Assembly (NCBI GenBank): GCA_035402745.1
Contig: DAONDV010000002.1
Span: 1 to 49,370 of the forward strand
Length of the DNA stretch: 49,370 bases
Source of the DNA: Minisyncoccota bacterium
Lineage (GTDB): Bacteria; Patescibacteriota; Minisyncoccia; UBA6257; JAAZHW01
Direction of reading: 5' to 3'
The stretch's first letter is position 1, and each line of letters opens with the position of its first letter. Shown one piece after another: positions 17,320-26,561 of the stretch. The position numbers and the translations under genes were made by a program. The notes beneath the pieces are model-generated. The model had not been told where the DNA came from, made no database searches, and saw only the letters and a program-made list of their open reading frames with translations.

Positions 17320-17852
17320 TAAGAAATAAAAAAAATAATTCTCAAGCCAATCTCAAAAAAATCGGAGGATTTACCATGCCGGAAGTTTTGATTTCCATTG
17401 GTCTTTTTACCACTATTATGGCCGCAACTTCAGCCGCTTTTTTAACGGGATTGAGAAGTCAACGTCAAACCATTGCCACTCTTAATGCTAACGACAATCT
17501 CGCATACGCTCTAGAAATGATGGCTAGAGATATCAGAATGGGCACTTCTTTCTTCGCTCCATTGGAAGATCAATTGAGTTTTTTAAGTTATCGCGACGAA
17601 GCGGTTGTTTACAGATTAAATAACGAAACATTAGAACGTTCAGTATCCGGAGGAGAATTTGAACCAATAACCGCACAAGGTGTCAGAGTAAAGAAATTAT
17701 CTTTTGATTTGGCCGGAGAAAAAAGATACGACAATCAACAAATCAAAATAACCATAAAGATGAAAATTTCCAGTAAATTTAGTAGTCAAGAAGTAATAAA
17801 TAATTTACAAACTACAATTAGTCCGAGAAATTTGGAAACCGGCACAATGTAA
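17316..17852 (+). CDS. Type IV minor pilin-like protein (PulJ/GspJ-like)
   Basis: KKIGG/FTMPEVLISIGLF signal. ATGA overlap with the upstream gene. Confidence 0.75.
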   Translation: MIRNKKNNSQANLKKIGGFTMPEVLISIGLFTTIMAATSAAFLTGLRSQRQTIATLNANDNLAYALEMMARDIRMGTSFFAPLEDQLSFLSYRDEAVVYRLNNETLERSVSGGEFEPITAQGVRVKKLSFDLAGEKRYDNQQIKITIKMKISSKFSSQEVINNLQTTISPRNLETGTM

Positions 17853-17857
17853 AAATC

Positions 17858-18187
17858 ATGAATACCAACCTCAAACATAAACAAAACGGGCAAGTATTAC
17901 TCATTACAGTCCTAATTATGATGAGTACTTTTACGTTGGCTATTGCCATCGGAGGAATGGTTCTTTATGAATTGCGCTCTATGGTAAATACCAATCAATC
18001 AACAAAAGCTATTTATGCCGCAGAGTCAGGGATAGAATGGAGACTTTTCACAACAAATAAAGGCAACGCTTTAACACCAGAAATGGGAAATGGCACCAGC
18101 TATGATTGTTCATCCGATTGCATTAATTGCATTCGCTGCACCGGTACAGCCGGAAGAGTTAATCGTGCCATGGAAGTAAGCTACTAA
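17858..18187 (+). CDS. PilX-like / pilin-associated small protein with Cys-rich C-terminus
   Basis: N-terminal hydrophobic helix NGQVLLITVLIMMSTFTLAIAIGG without Glu5. C-terminal CSSDCINCIRC. Confidence 0.5.
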   Translation: MNTNLKHKQNGQVLLITVLIMMSTFTLAIAIGGMVLYELRSMVNTNQSTKAIYAAESGIEWRLFTTNKGNALTPEMGNGTSYDCSSDCINCIRCTGTAGRVNRAMEVSY

Positions 18188-18208
18188 ATAAAACCGATTA
18201 TAAATCAT

Positions 18209-20308
18209 ATGGACAGAAAAGAAGCACAAGAAAGAATTGAAAAATTAAAAAAAGAAATTAATTATCATCGCTATCTTTATCATGTTTTAGACAAGCCGGA
18301 TCTTTCCGACGCTATTTTTGATTCTTTAAAAAATGAACTGGAAGAATTGGAATATAAATTTCCGGATTTAATCACGCCCGATTCCCCTACTCAACGCGTA
18401 GGTGGAGAACCACTCAAAGAATTCAAAAAAGTAAACCATCTGACTCCAATGGTTTCTTTCAACGATGCTTTTTCAGAACAGGAAATGCGCGAATGGGAAA
18501 AAAGATATTCCGACTTTTTAAATAATGAACTGGAAAAAACGGATTTTCAATATTACTGCGAATTAAAAATAGATGGTCTAGCCATTGAATTAGAATACGA
18601 AAACGGAGTATTCAAAACTGGATCAACACGTGGAGATGGAAAAATCGGAGAAGATGTGACGCAAAATCTCAAAACCATACAGGCCATACCCCTACGTTTA
18701 TTGGAAAAAGATCATATTATAAAAAATTTAAAAAATTCCGGATTAATGGCAATGGCTGAGAAATTAGAGAAAAACTTCCCCAAAACCATTATAGTCAGAG
18801 GAGAAGTTTTCTTAAACAAAAAAGATTTTGAAAGACTTAATCAAGAACAAGAAAAAACCGGAGGCAAAGCATATGCCAACCCAAGAAATGTAGCGGCCGG
18901 ATCAATCCGCCAATTAAACCCCAAAATTACTGCGGCTAGAAATCTAGACTTCTTTGCTTATTCTTTAATTACTGATTTTGGGCAAGTAGTTCATGAACAG
19001 GAACATATAATTTTAAAATCATTGGGATTTAGAATTAACCCTCACAACGAACCAGCGAAAGACATGGCTGGAATTTTTAATTTCCATCAAAAGACTCAAA
19101 AAATACGCGAAAAATTAGCCTATGAAATAGACGGAATTGTAGTTATCCTTAACTCCGAATCTGATTTCAAAAAAGCCGGTATAAGGGGCAAAGCTCCACG
19201 CGCCGCCATTGCTTACAAATTTTCCGCTCGTGAAGCCACTACCAAAATATTGGACATTCAAATACAAATCGGCAGAACCGGCGCTTTGACTCCGGTAGCT
19301 ATTATGGAACCCGTGGGTATTGGAGGCATTACCGTTTCCCGCGCCACTCTTCATAATTACGATGAAATTCAAAGGTTAGGTGTAAAAATCGGAGATACCG
19401 TTTCGGTAAGCAGAGCCGGGGATGTCATTCCTCAAGTAAATGAAGTTTTTAAAAATTTACGCACGGGAAAAGAAAAAGAGTTTAGAATGCCCAATCAATG
19501 CCCCATGTGCGATTCCCCTATCAAGAAAGATGAAGGTGGCGTTATTTATCGTTGTCTTAATAAAAACTGCTTTGCTCGTTCCAAAGAGAATCTTTATCAT
19601 TTCGTTTCCAAACCAGCTTTTGATATTAAAGGAGTGGGACCAAAAATAATTGACCGCCTATTAGAAGAAAACTTAATACACGATGCTTCTGATTTATTTA
19701 TTTTGAAAGAAGGAGACCTATCGGTCTTGGAAAGATTTGGGGAGAAATCAGCCACCAACATCATTAAGTCCATTAATAATAAAAAATCCATTGAATTACA
19801 CCGCTTTATTTACTCTTTAGGAATAATTCACGTAGGAGAAGAAACTGCAATTGCTCTGGAAAAATTTATTTCTTTTAAAAAAATAATAAATAAACCAACG
19901 GAACTTTTATCAATTATGGAGAAAATTTCCATTGAAGAGCTGCAAGAGATTCCTGATATTGGACCGAAAGTGGCAGAAAGTATTTATCATTGGTTCCAAG
20001 GAGAAAAAAACAAAAAATTCATCAATGAATTAGAGGATAATGGAGTTCTCTTCAAAGTCGTAGAAAAAGGTTCCAACAATAAAAAACTAGCCAATCTAAC
20101 CTTCGTTTTGACCGGTAGTTTAGAAACAATGTCTAGAGATGAAGCGAAAGAAAAAATTCGCGACTTAGGCGGGAAAATATCTTCAGATGTTTCCAAAGAA
20201 ACTGATTATGTCATTGCCGGATCCGAACCAGGATCCAAATATGACAAAGCTCAAGGATTGAAGATAAAAATAATAAATGAAGAGGAATTTATAAAAATGA
20301 TAAAATAA
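18209..20308 (+). CDS. ligA: NAD-dependent DNA ligase
   Basis: Adenylation motif ELKIDGLA, Cys4 zinc finger CPMC..C..C, HhH region, C-terminal BRCT (FVLTGSL...AGSEPGSK). Confidence 0.95.
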   Translation: MDRKEAQERIEKLKKEINYHRYLYHVLDKPDLSDAIFDSLKNELEELEYKFPDLITPDSPTQRVGGEPLKEFKKVNHLTPMVSFNDAFSEQEMREWEKRYSDFLNNELEKTDFQYYCELKIDGLAIELEYENGVFKTGSTRGDGKIGEDVTQNLKTIQAIPLRLLEKDHIIKNLKNSGLMAMAEKLEKNFPKTIIVRGEVFLNKKDFERLNQEQEKTGGKAYANPRNVAAGSIRQLNPKITAARNLDFFAYSLITDFGQVVHEQEHIILKSLGFRINPHNEPAKDMAGIFNFHQKTQKIREKLAYEIDGIVVILNSESDFKKAGIRGKAPRAAIAYKFSAREATTKILDIQIQIGRTGALTPVAIMEPVGIGGITVSRATLHNYDEIQRLGVKIGDTVSVSRAGDVIPQVNEVFKNLRTGKEKEFRMPNQCPMCDSPIKKDEGGVIYRCLNKNCFARSKENLYHFVSKPAFDIKGVGPKIIDRLLEENLIHDASDLFILKEGDLSVLERFGEKSATNIIKSINNKKSIELHRFIYSLGIIHVGEETAIALEKFISFKKIINKPTELLSIMEKISIEELQEIPDIGPKVAESIYHWFQGEKNKKFINELEDNGVLFKVVEKGSNNKKLANLTFVLTGSLETMSRDEAKEKIRDLGGKISSDVSKETDYVIAGSEPGSKYDKAQGLKIKIINEEEFIKMIK

Positions 20309-20341
20309 AAAAATCGGCCACCATAAGTGACCGATTTTTTA
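20307..20341. terminator. Bidirectional terminator between convergent ligA and the acidic-protein gene
   Basis: A-run, ATCGGCCAC / GTGACCGAT stem (one mismatch), T6. Confidence 0.6.
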
Positions 20342-20345
20342 TCTA

Positions 20346-20645
20346 TTATTCTAAATCATCATCATTTTTATCATCATCATCTTCATTCTCATATTCATCT
20401 TTCATAAACTCTTCATCCGCTTCATTAATTTCTTTGTCCGCCTCAGCCAAAACGCCTTCCAATTCTTTATCTATTTCTTCAGATTCCTTTTCTACTTCAT
20501 TCAGATCATTTTTTATTTCATTAACTAAAATTCCTGATTTTTTTTCAAAATCATCATTAGTCTTTTTAATCTTAGCCAATAAATCTTCGGCTTCTTTTGC
20601 CAAATCATCCTCTTGATTAATTTTTTGATTATTATCTTGATCCAT
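20346..20645 (-). CDS. Highly acidic coiled-coil hypothetical protein (99 aa)
   Basis: D/E/K-rich heptad-like sequence with an NEDDDDKNDDDLE tail. 3-nt gap to the upstream gene. Confidence 0.5.
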   Translation of the reverse strand: MDQDNNQKINQEDDLAKEAEDLLAKIKKTNDDFEKKSGILVNEIKNDLNEVEKESEEIDKELEGVLAEADKEINEADEEFMKDEYENEDDDDKNDDDLE

Positions 20646-20648
20646 ATC

Positions 20649-22028
20649 TTATTTTTTTAATAAAAGCCTCAAACCCTTTAAACTCTTTTCCAAATCTCTC
20701 TTGGAAAAAGAACTGGAAATGTTTTTATTCTTCTTCATAATCATATATTGCATCCTTATCTGTTCTTCTAAGGCGGAGATATTTGATTCCTTTTTCAAGA
20801 AGTCTGCAGTAAAGGCTTTTGATTCTATTTTCAAATGACTACCATAGCGCTTATTCCAATGATTAATATAATCGGCAAAGGACATTGTAAATCCCTTTTC
20901 ATCTTTTTCCACCCGAAGTTTCAACTTAGCGATTAGATCTTCAGGACTACTTGAATTTATCTCTTCTTCATTAAAACCATAAGCATCCAATACTACTCTT
21001 AATCTATTGGTAATCATCATAGGAATCCCGCCCTTATCTACGCTTTCAATAAAAACACGAGCCTCTTCTGATATGCTTTCTCTTGAGTTTCTTGCGCCCC
21101 CTTCCTTTCCATCCGGAGACTTATCACCCTTAATTCTCTCATCCCCTAAATCAGGATTTTCAATATTTTTTTCTATATTTTTATGTTCTATTCCCCTATT
21201 GGTAAAACGACTAAATTCATTGCGGATGTCTCTCCATTTATCCGCTTTTTTATTTACTTTAGCGAATGCATTTTCTAATTTAGATTTTTCATTTAAACGT
21301 TCCTGTTTAAGTTTCTCAGTTCTTCTAATTTCTACTTCTATTTTAGATATCGTTTCTTTGATGCCCCTCTTTTCTTCTTTAAAAATAGCGCCCTCTAGTT
21401 TACCCTTTAAACCATCGACGTATTTTGTGAGCTTTATTTTATCAGATTCAAAAACTCCAACTTCTTCATTTAATACGTCAATTTTACTCCCAATATTCGC
21501 TAACTTTATTTCATGAGGCTTCAATTTTTTATCAACTTTCTCCGTGACTCTACCAACAGTATTTTTTACTTTATTTTCATAAACAGTTTTCTTATTCTCA
21601 TAATATCTGACACGAGTTTCAGCTTTGTCTTTCTTATTCTTTGCGCTCTCAATTTTTTTTATATTTTTCTGCCTTGATTTTAAAAGTTCTGCTTCAACCT
21701 TAGACAAAAGCACATCTTGAGTGCCAAAAGATTTTTCCCCAAGCTCCCTAAAACGCTTCTCTTTCGCTTCATTTTGTTCCGTTAAAATTTTAATCTTCTC
21801 ATCGGCCGCTTCCCTTTTAGTCATTGCTTTGGCAGACTTGCCATCATAATGATTTAATCTATCGCCATTCCACACGGCCTTTATTTTATCAATAGTTTTT
21901 ATCTTTAATTTTGAATGATCAAAGGATTCGCTGACTTTTCCAGCGACTTTTTCCATGCTTTCAGTTGCTTTCTTCAAAATATTTTTATCTTCTTCTGGTT
22001 CTAAATTAATATTATTTATTTTCTCCAT
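20649..22028 (-). CDS. Lys/Glu-rich coiled-coil hypothetical protein with C-terminal globular region (459 aa)
   Basis: Long KE-rich helical region (aa 70-300). The last 130 aa are non-repetitive. Confidence 0.55.
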   Translation of the reverse strand: MEKINNINLEPEEDKNILKKATESMEKVAGKVSESFDHSKLKIKTIDKIKAVWNGDRLNHYDGKSAKAMTKREAADEKIKILTEQNEAKEKRFRELGEKSFGTQDVLLSKVEAELLKSRQKNIKKIESAKNKKDKAETRVRYYENKKTVYENKVKNTVGRVTEKVDKKLKPHEIKLANIGSKIDVLNEEVGVFESDKIKLTKYVDGLKGKLEGAIFKEEKRGIKETISKIEVEIRRTEKLKQERLNEKSKLENAFAKVNKKADKWRDIRNEFSRFTNRGIEHKNIEKNIENPDLGDERIKGDKSPDGKEGGARNSRESISEEARVFIESVDKGGIPMMITNRLRVVLDAYGFNEEEINSSSPEDLIAKLKLRVEKDEKGFTMSFADYINHWNKRYGSHLKIESKAFTADFLKKESNISALEEQIRMQYMIMKKNKNISSSFSKRDLEKSLKGLRLLLKK

Positions 22029-22092
22029 AAATTTATCGCATAAAACAACAATATTATCTTAAACTCTTATTTTTACTGCGTCAATATAATAT

Positions 22093-23169
22093 TTAAAACA
22101 ATCTAATAACGTCTTTAACTGCTATATAAACGGATAAAACAATAAGCAAAGCAAAGCCGGCAGTATGAACTATATTTTCAGTTTTTGCTTTAACTGGCTT
22201 ACCTTTTATTTTTTCCAATAACACGAATAAAATTCTTCCACCATCTAAAGCCGGGAGAGGAATAGCATTAACTGCCGCCAAATTAATAGAAATACCAGCT
22301 AAAAATTGCAACAAATAACCGAGACCCAATTTTACAGATTGACTACCCAAAGCGGTGATACCAATAGGACCAACTAATTCTCCAATAGAAGGACCAATAC
22401 CCAACAAACCTTTGATTAGATAATAAACAGTAACAAAAGTATTAATAAAAGCATGAAAACCATTTTTAATACCTAGCCACATACTTTTGAAAAATCCATA
22501 TTGCACAAATCCCACTTGCCCAATAGACACGCCCAAAGCCCCCTGCCCTTCTGGAGGATTTTCACGCGCTACGGCAACTTTTTCCATTACCCCATCTGTA
22601 GTTTTAACAGTTAAATTAATTTCTTTTCCCAAATGACTTTTAATGAACTCGGAAAAAATTGTCGGGGTTAAAGTTGTTATATCTTCCTCTCCAACCTTAG
22701 CTGATAAAATAATATCTCCAGCCTTTAAGCCGGATGACTCTGCTGGAGAATCCCCGGAAACACTTAAAATGGATAAACCGGGATTTTCCACTTGTTCCAT
22801 TTCATTCTCATTAATTAAAACCGGCAAACCAACGGTATACCCAACACCCAACAACAACATTCCACAAACCAAATTAACGATAATTCCACCGGACAAGACT
22901 GCAAATCTTTTCCAAGGCTTTTGATTCGCAAAACTATTTATATCACCTTTATTATCCCCATCTTCTCCGAGAATTTTCACAAAAGCTCCAAAAGGAAGCC
23001 AATTAATGGAATAAATAGTATTTTTAATTTTCTTGCCCCAAATACGCGGAGGATAACCAATGCCGAACTCGTCTACTCGCACACCAAAAATTTTGGCTAA
23101 AATGAAATGGCCCAACTCATGGATAGACAAAACTAGGATTAAAACGATAATAAAAATTATTAAAGACAT
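22093..23169 (-). CDS. rseP: RIP site-2 metalloprotease RseP
   Basis: HELGHF zinc motif in TM1, PDZ-like middle (GLKAGDIILS), C-terminal NAIPLPALDGG motif. Confidence 0.9.
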   Translation of the reverse strand: MSLIIFIIVLILVLSIHELGHFILAKIFGVRVDEFGIGYPPRIWGKKIKNTIYSINWLPFGAFVKILGEDGDNKGDINSFANQKPWKRFAVLSGGIIVNLVCGMLLLGVGYTVGLPVLINENEMEQVENPGLSILSVSGDSPAESSGLKAGDIILSAKVGEEDITTLTPTIFSEFIKSHLGKEINLTVKTTDGVMEKVAVARENPPEGQGALGVSIGQVGFVQYGFFKSMWLGIKNGFHAFINTFVTVYYLIKGLLGIGPSIGELVGPIGITALGSQSVKLGLGYLLQFLAGISINLAAVNAIPLPALDGGRILFVLLEKIKGKPVKAKTENIVHTAGFALLIVLSVYIAVKDVIRLF

Positions 23170-23179
23170 TTGTTTAAAA

Positions 23180-23731
23180 TTATTGATTTAACTCTTCTTC
23201 CTTTTTCTTAACTTGCTCGTCGATCTGTTTGCTAAAATCTTCAATCAACTTCTGAATTTCTTCTTTTCTTCGAAATTTATCATCTTCACCAATCTTCTTA
23301 TCGTCAAACATCTTTTGAATTTCTTTTATTACATCGTCACGTAAATGTCTGAGGTTAATGCGTGATTCTTCGGCTTTTCTTTTAACCAACGCGGAAATTT
23401 CTTCCCTGCGTTCTTTTGATAAAGAAGGCAAAACAACTCTGATGTGAGATCCTTCGTTAGAAGTAGAAACCCCTAAATTAGCAGCTTGAATAGCCTTTTC
23501 CAAAGCCGGTAAAGCAGCTTTATCCCAAGCTTGAACAATCAAACAATTAGGCGGACTCACCTGCACATTAGCCATTTGTTTTAAAGGCATATTAGAGCCA
23601 TAATATTCCACCTTTACACTCTCTAACAATCCTGGATGAGGACGATTAGAACGAATTCCGGCCAACTCGTTTTTAAAAAACTCCAATGCCTTACCAACTT
23701 CATCTTTAAATTTTTGTATTATTTGTTCCAT
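23180..23731 (-). CDS. frr: Ribosome recycling factor
   Basis: Typical RRF length and blocks (LAGIRSNRPHPGLLESVKVEYYG, LPSLSKERREE). Confidence 0.95.
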   Translation of the reverse strand: MEQIIQKFKDEVGKALEFFKNELAGIRSNRPHPGLLESVKVEYYGSNMPLKQMANVQVSPPNCLIVQAWDKAALPALEKAIQAANLGVSTSNEGSHIRVVLPSLSKERREEISALVKRKAEESRINLRHLRDDVIKEIQKMFDDKKIGEDDKFRRKEEIQKLIEDFSKQIDEQVKKKEEELNQ

Positions 23732-23746
23732 ATTTTTTTAATAACG

Positions 23747-24760
23747 TTATTTTTTCATTCCCACCAATACCTCATTGGCATTGAAAGGATTGATTTTAAT
23801 CATATTAATAGAATTAACTCCGACTGTTTTTATTGCCCAACTTACTCCATCTTCGGAAATATACAATTTCCCATTAAATCCCGCTAAAACGCATTTCTTT
23901 TCATTATTATATGCGACTGCTCCGGATGACAAATTTTTTGGTAACAACGAATCCATAATCACCCAACTCCATCCGCCATCAAAAGATCGATAAACACCTT
24001 TGTCCGTAGCCGAATAAATCACTCCATTATTAGCCACAAAAAAATCATTAATACCAGAAAACGGAACACTCAAATTAGAAAAATTATTTCCGCCATCCAC
24101 ACTCTTATAGACCAACTGAGCTCCCCAAAGATAAACAACATTATTATCATTGGAGCTCATAACGATTCTTTCAAAAATACTATCTAGATGAGTCATTAAA
24201 CGGAATGTCTTGCCATTATTATCGGAATAGCCAAAAATCTTTTCAGAAGAAAGGAAATATATTCTTCCCGATTCATCAATCTGTAAATCTTTTATTTCCG
24301 AATCGGCTTGGCTAGTTACATAAACTTCATTCAAAGTTTTAAGGCCATCGGAAGAATAATAAATCTTGCCCTGACCGTTTTTATTAATAGCTAAAAAGGC
24401 ATCGCCAGCTTTACTCCAGACCATAGAACGAACCACTAAAGGATAATCCATAATACCAGTATCATCTTTTAATCTTTTCCACTTTTGCCCCTGACTATTA
24501 AATTCAAAAACTCCTTGATTAGTAATTAAATATCTTGATTGGTCGGGAGCAAAAACAACATCAATAGCCTCACTCGTCATTAATCCGTCATCCTGTGAAG
24601 AAAAACTAAGTCCAGCATCATTAGAAAAATAGAAGACCGAAGCATTGGGACCAAAATTAGCTAAGCTACCACTAGTAAAAAATCCAGAAAGCCATGGGGC
24701 AAGATAAACAACTACACCAACCACAATTATTAAAATTATGCCAGGAAATATCTTATTCAT
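23747..24760 (-). CDS. Membrane-anchored BNR/Ycf48-like beta-propeller protein
   Basis: N-terminal TM. Repeated S-x-D-x-G-x-T/S-W/F motifs (SDNNGKTF, SVDGGNNF, SFDGGWSW, SEDGVSW). Confidence 0.65.
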   Translation of the reverse strand: MNKIFPGIILIIVVGVVVYLAPWLSGFFTSGSLANFGPNASVFYFSNDAGLSFSSQDDGLMTSEAIDVVFAPDQSRYLITNQGVFEFNSQGQKWKRLKDDTGIMDYPLVVRSMVWSKAGDAFLAINKNGQGKIYYSSDGLKTLNEVYVTSQADSEIKDLQIDESGRIYFLSSEKIFGYSDNNGKTFRLMTHLDSIFERIVMSSNDNNVVYLWGAQLVYKSVDGGNNFSNLSVPFSGINDFFVANNGVIYSATDKGVYRSFDGGWSWVIMDSLLPKNLSSGAVAYNNEKKCVLAGFNGKLYISEDGVSWAIKTVGVNSINMIKINPFNANEVLVGMKK

Positions 24761-24763
24761 GGA

Positions 24764-25525
24764 TTATCTAGAAATTTTAAAGACCAAATTTTCCAACTGC
24801 AAACGAAAATTAACATTATAATCTTCCAAGCGAGAGAAAATCTTTAAAGATTCTCCAACTTCATTGCCATTGCCGACACTTTTCAAATCAGATATTTTCA
24901 AATTGGAAAGACCGACGGAATCCAGCATTCTATCACGTAATAAAACCATAATATTTTCTATAAAAAGCATTTTACCACCATCATCCAATGCTAAAACTTT
25001 TTTAAAACACGTTGAAGAATTTTTAGAACCAGAAAGATATTCCTCCGCCTCTTTCGTCAATCTTTTTTGAAAATATTTTTTTCTATCAAAAACGGGTAAA
25101 TTAACAGACTTCATTCTGGAACACAAAGTAGGCAAAATACGGCTCTCATTCTTAGCAATAAAGAAAATAACCGAATTATTATTGGGTTCTTCTACTGTCT
25201 TGAGCAAAGCGTTCTGCGCAGCATTTTCCAAATCCTCGGCTGCGTTAACAATAAAAACTTTTTTACTAGTAGTAGTTAACGACAAAAAATGAATAGCTTG
25301 TCGCGCGCTTTCAATAGACGGTTCCCAAACTTGAAAGCGCAAAGGAATATCTTCGCTAACTTTATTTAACGAAGATATTATAAAAATATTACTAATATCA
25401 GAAATTTTTTCCGCTAAATCCAAAACAAATTTAAATTTTGCATCTTCATCTATTCCCAAAAAAAGCCAACTTCCATCAATTAAATTTTTATCAATAATTT
25501 TTTTAAAATAATCTTCCGTTTTCAT
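24764..25525 (-). CDS. holB: DNA polymerase III delta-prime-like clamp-loader subunit
   Basis: LLKTVEEPNNNSVIFFIA and the SR-containing TLCSRM block. The Walker A site is degenerate. Confidence 0.6.
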   Translation of the reverse strand: MKTEDYFKKIIDKNLIDGSWLFLGIDEDAKFKFVLDLAEKISDISNIFIISSLNKVSEDIPLRFQVWEPSIESARQAIHFLSLTTTSKKVFIVNAAEDLENAAQNALLKTVEEPNNNSVIFFIAKNESRILPTLCSRMKSVNLPVFDRKKYFQKRLTKEAEEYLSGSKNSSTCFKKVLALDDGGKMLFIENIMVLLRDRMLDSVGLSNLKISDLKSVGNGNEVGESLKIFSRLEDYNVNFRLQLENLVFKISR

Positions 25526-25550
25526 ATTTATCTTCCCTCCAAAGGAAGCT

Positions 25551-26558
25551 TTATTTTTTGCTCATCATAGCGCGTTTATACATATCTACGTGCTCTAAAA
25601 TAATTCCGGTGCCTTTAGCCACGCAATAAAGAGGATCTTCAGCCACATAAGCATTGACGCCAGTTACTTTGCTGATATATTCATCAATATTTTTTAATAA
25701 CCCTCCTCCTCCGGAGATAACAATACCTTTTTCAATAATATCAGCGGCCAATTCCGGCGGAGTATTCAAAAAGACGGTGCGAATTGTTTCACTAATCTCT
25801 TCCAAATGTCCGGAGATCGCCTCGGCGATCTCATTAGAATTCATAACAATTGATTTCGGCAATCCAGAATCCAAATCTCTACCGCGAACCTCAGCTTCCA
25901 TTTTATTTTTTTGCTGAATAGCTGAACCAATTTCTATTTTTATTTTTTCCGCAGTTTGTTCTCCAATCGCTAAATTATATTTCTTTTTGACATACTCAAT
26001 AATAGCTTCATCAAATTTATTGCCAGCCACTCTTAAAGATGCCCAGGAAACAATACCACCCAAAGAAATAACCGCCACTTCACTCGTGCCACCACCAATA
26101 TTAACAATTAAATGTCCGGAAGCGGAATTAATAGGAATACCGGCTCCCAAAGCAGCCAAAATTGGCTCGCGCACCAAATAAACTTCTCTAGACCCAGCAT
26201 CCATAGCTGCATTAATTACGGCGCGACGTTCAGTAGAAGTAATGCCAGCTGGTCCAGAAATAATTACAACCGGCTTTAAAATATTAAAACTGCCCAATAC
26301 TTTGGCAATAAAATATTTCAACATAGCTCTAGTAGTCTTATAATCGGCAATCACACCATCCTTTAATGGACGATAAGCTCCAATATCATTAGGAGTTCTA
26401 CCAAGCATTTCTTTCGCTTCCCTACCCACAGCCAAAACTTTATTATCATTTAAATCATAAGCCACAATAGTAGGTTCAAAAACCACCACCCCTTTATTGG
26501 GAATAAAAACCAAAGTATTAGTTGTACCTAAATCAATTCCTATTTTTTTTATAAACAT
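25551..26558 (-). CDS. mreB: Rod shape-determining actin homologue MreB
   Basis: IGIDLGTTNT phosphate-1 and VNIGGGTSEVAV phosphate-2 motifs. Confidence 0.95.
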   Translation of the reverse strand: MFIKKIGIDLGTTNTLVFIPNKGVVVFEPTIVAYDLNDNKVLAVGREAKEMLGRTPNDIGAYRPLKDGVIADYKTTRAMLKYFIAKVLGSFNILKPVVIISGPAGITSTERRAVINAAMDAGSREVYLVREPILAALGAGIPINSASGHLIVNIGGGTSEVAVISLGGIVSWASLRVAGNKFDEAIIEYVKKKYNLAIGEQTAEKIKIEIGSAIQQKNKMEAEVRGRDLDSGLPKSIVMNSNEIAEAISGHLEEISETIRTVFLNTPPELAADIIEKGIVISGGGGLLKNIDEYISKVTGVNAYVAEDPLYCVAKGTGIILEHVDMYKRAMMSKK

Positions 26559-26561
26559 ATG

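Noticed and set aside
21007-21516. 169-aa ORF antisense to the Lys/Glu-rich coiled-coil gene
   Set aside because: It is a mirror image of AAG/GAA-rich codons (which gives Leu/Phe/Ser runs). No translation signals are present.
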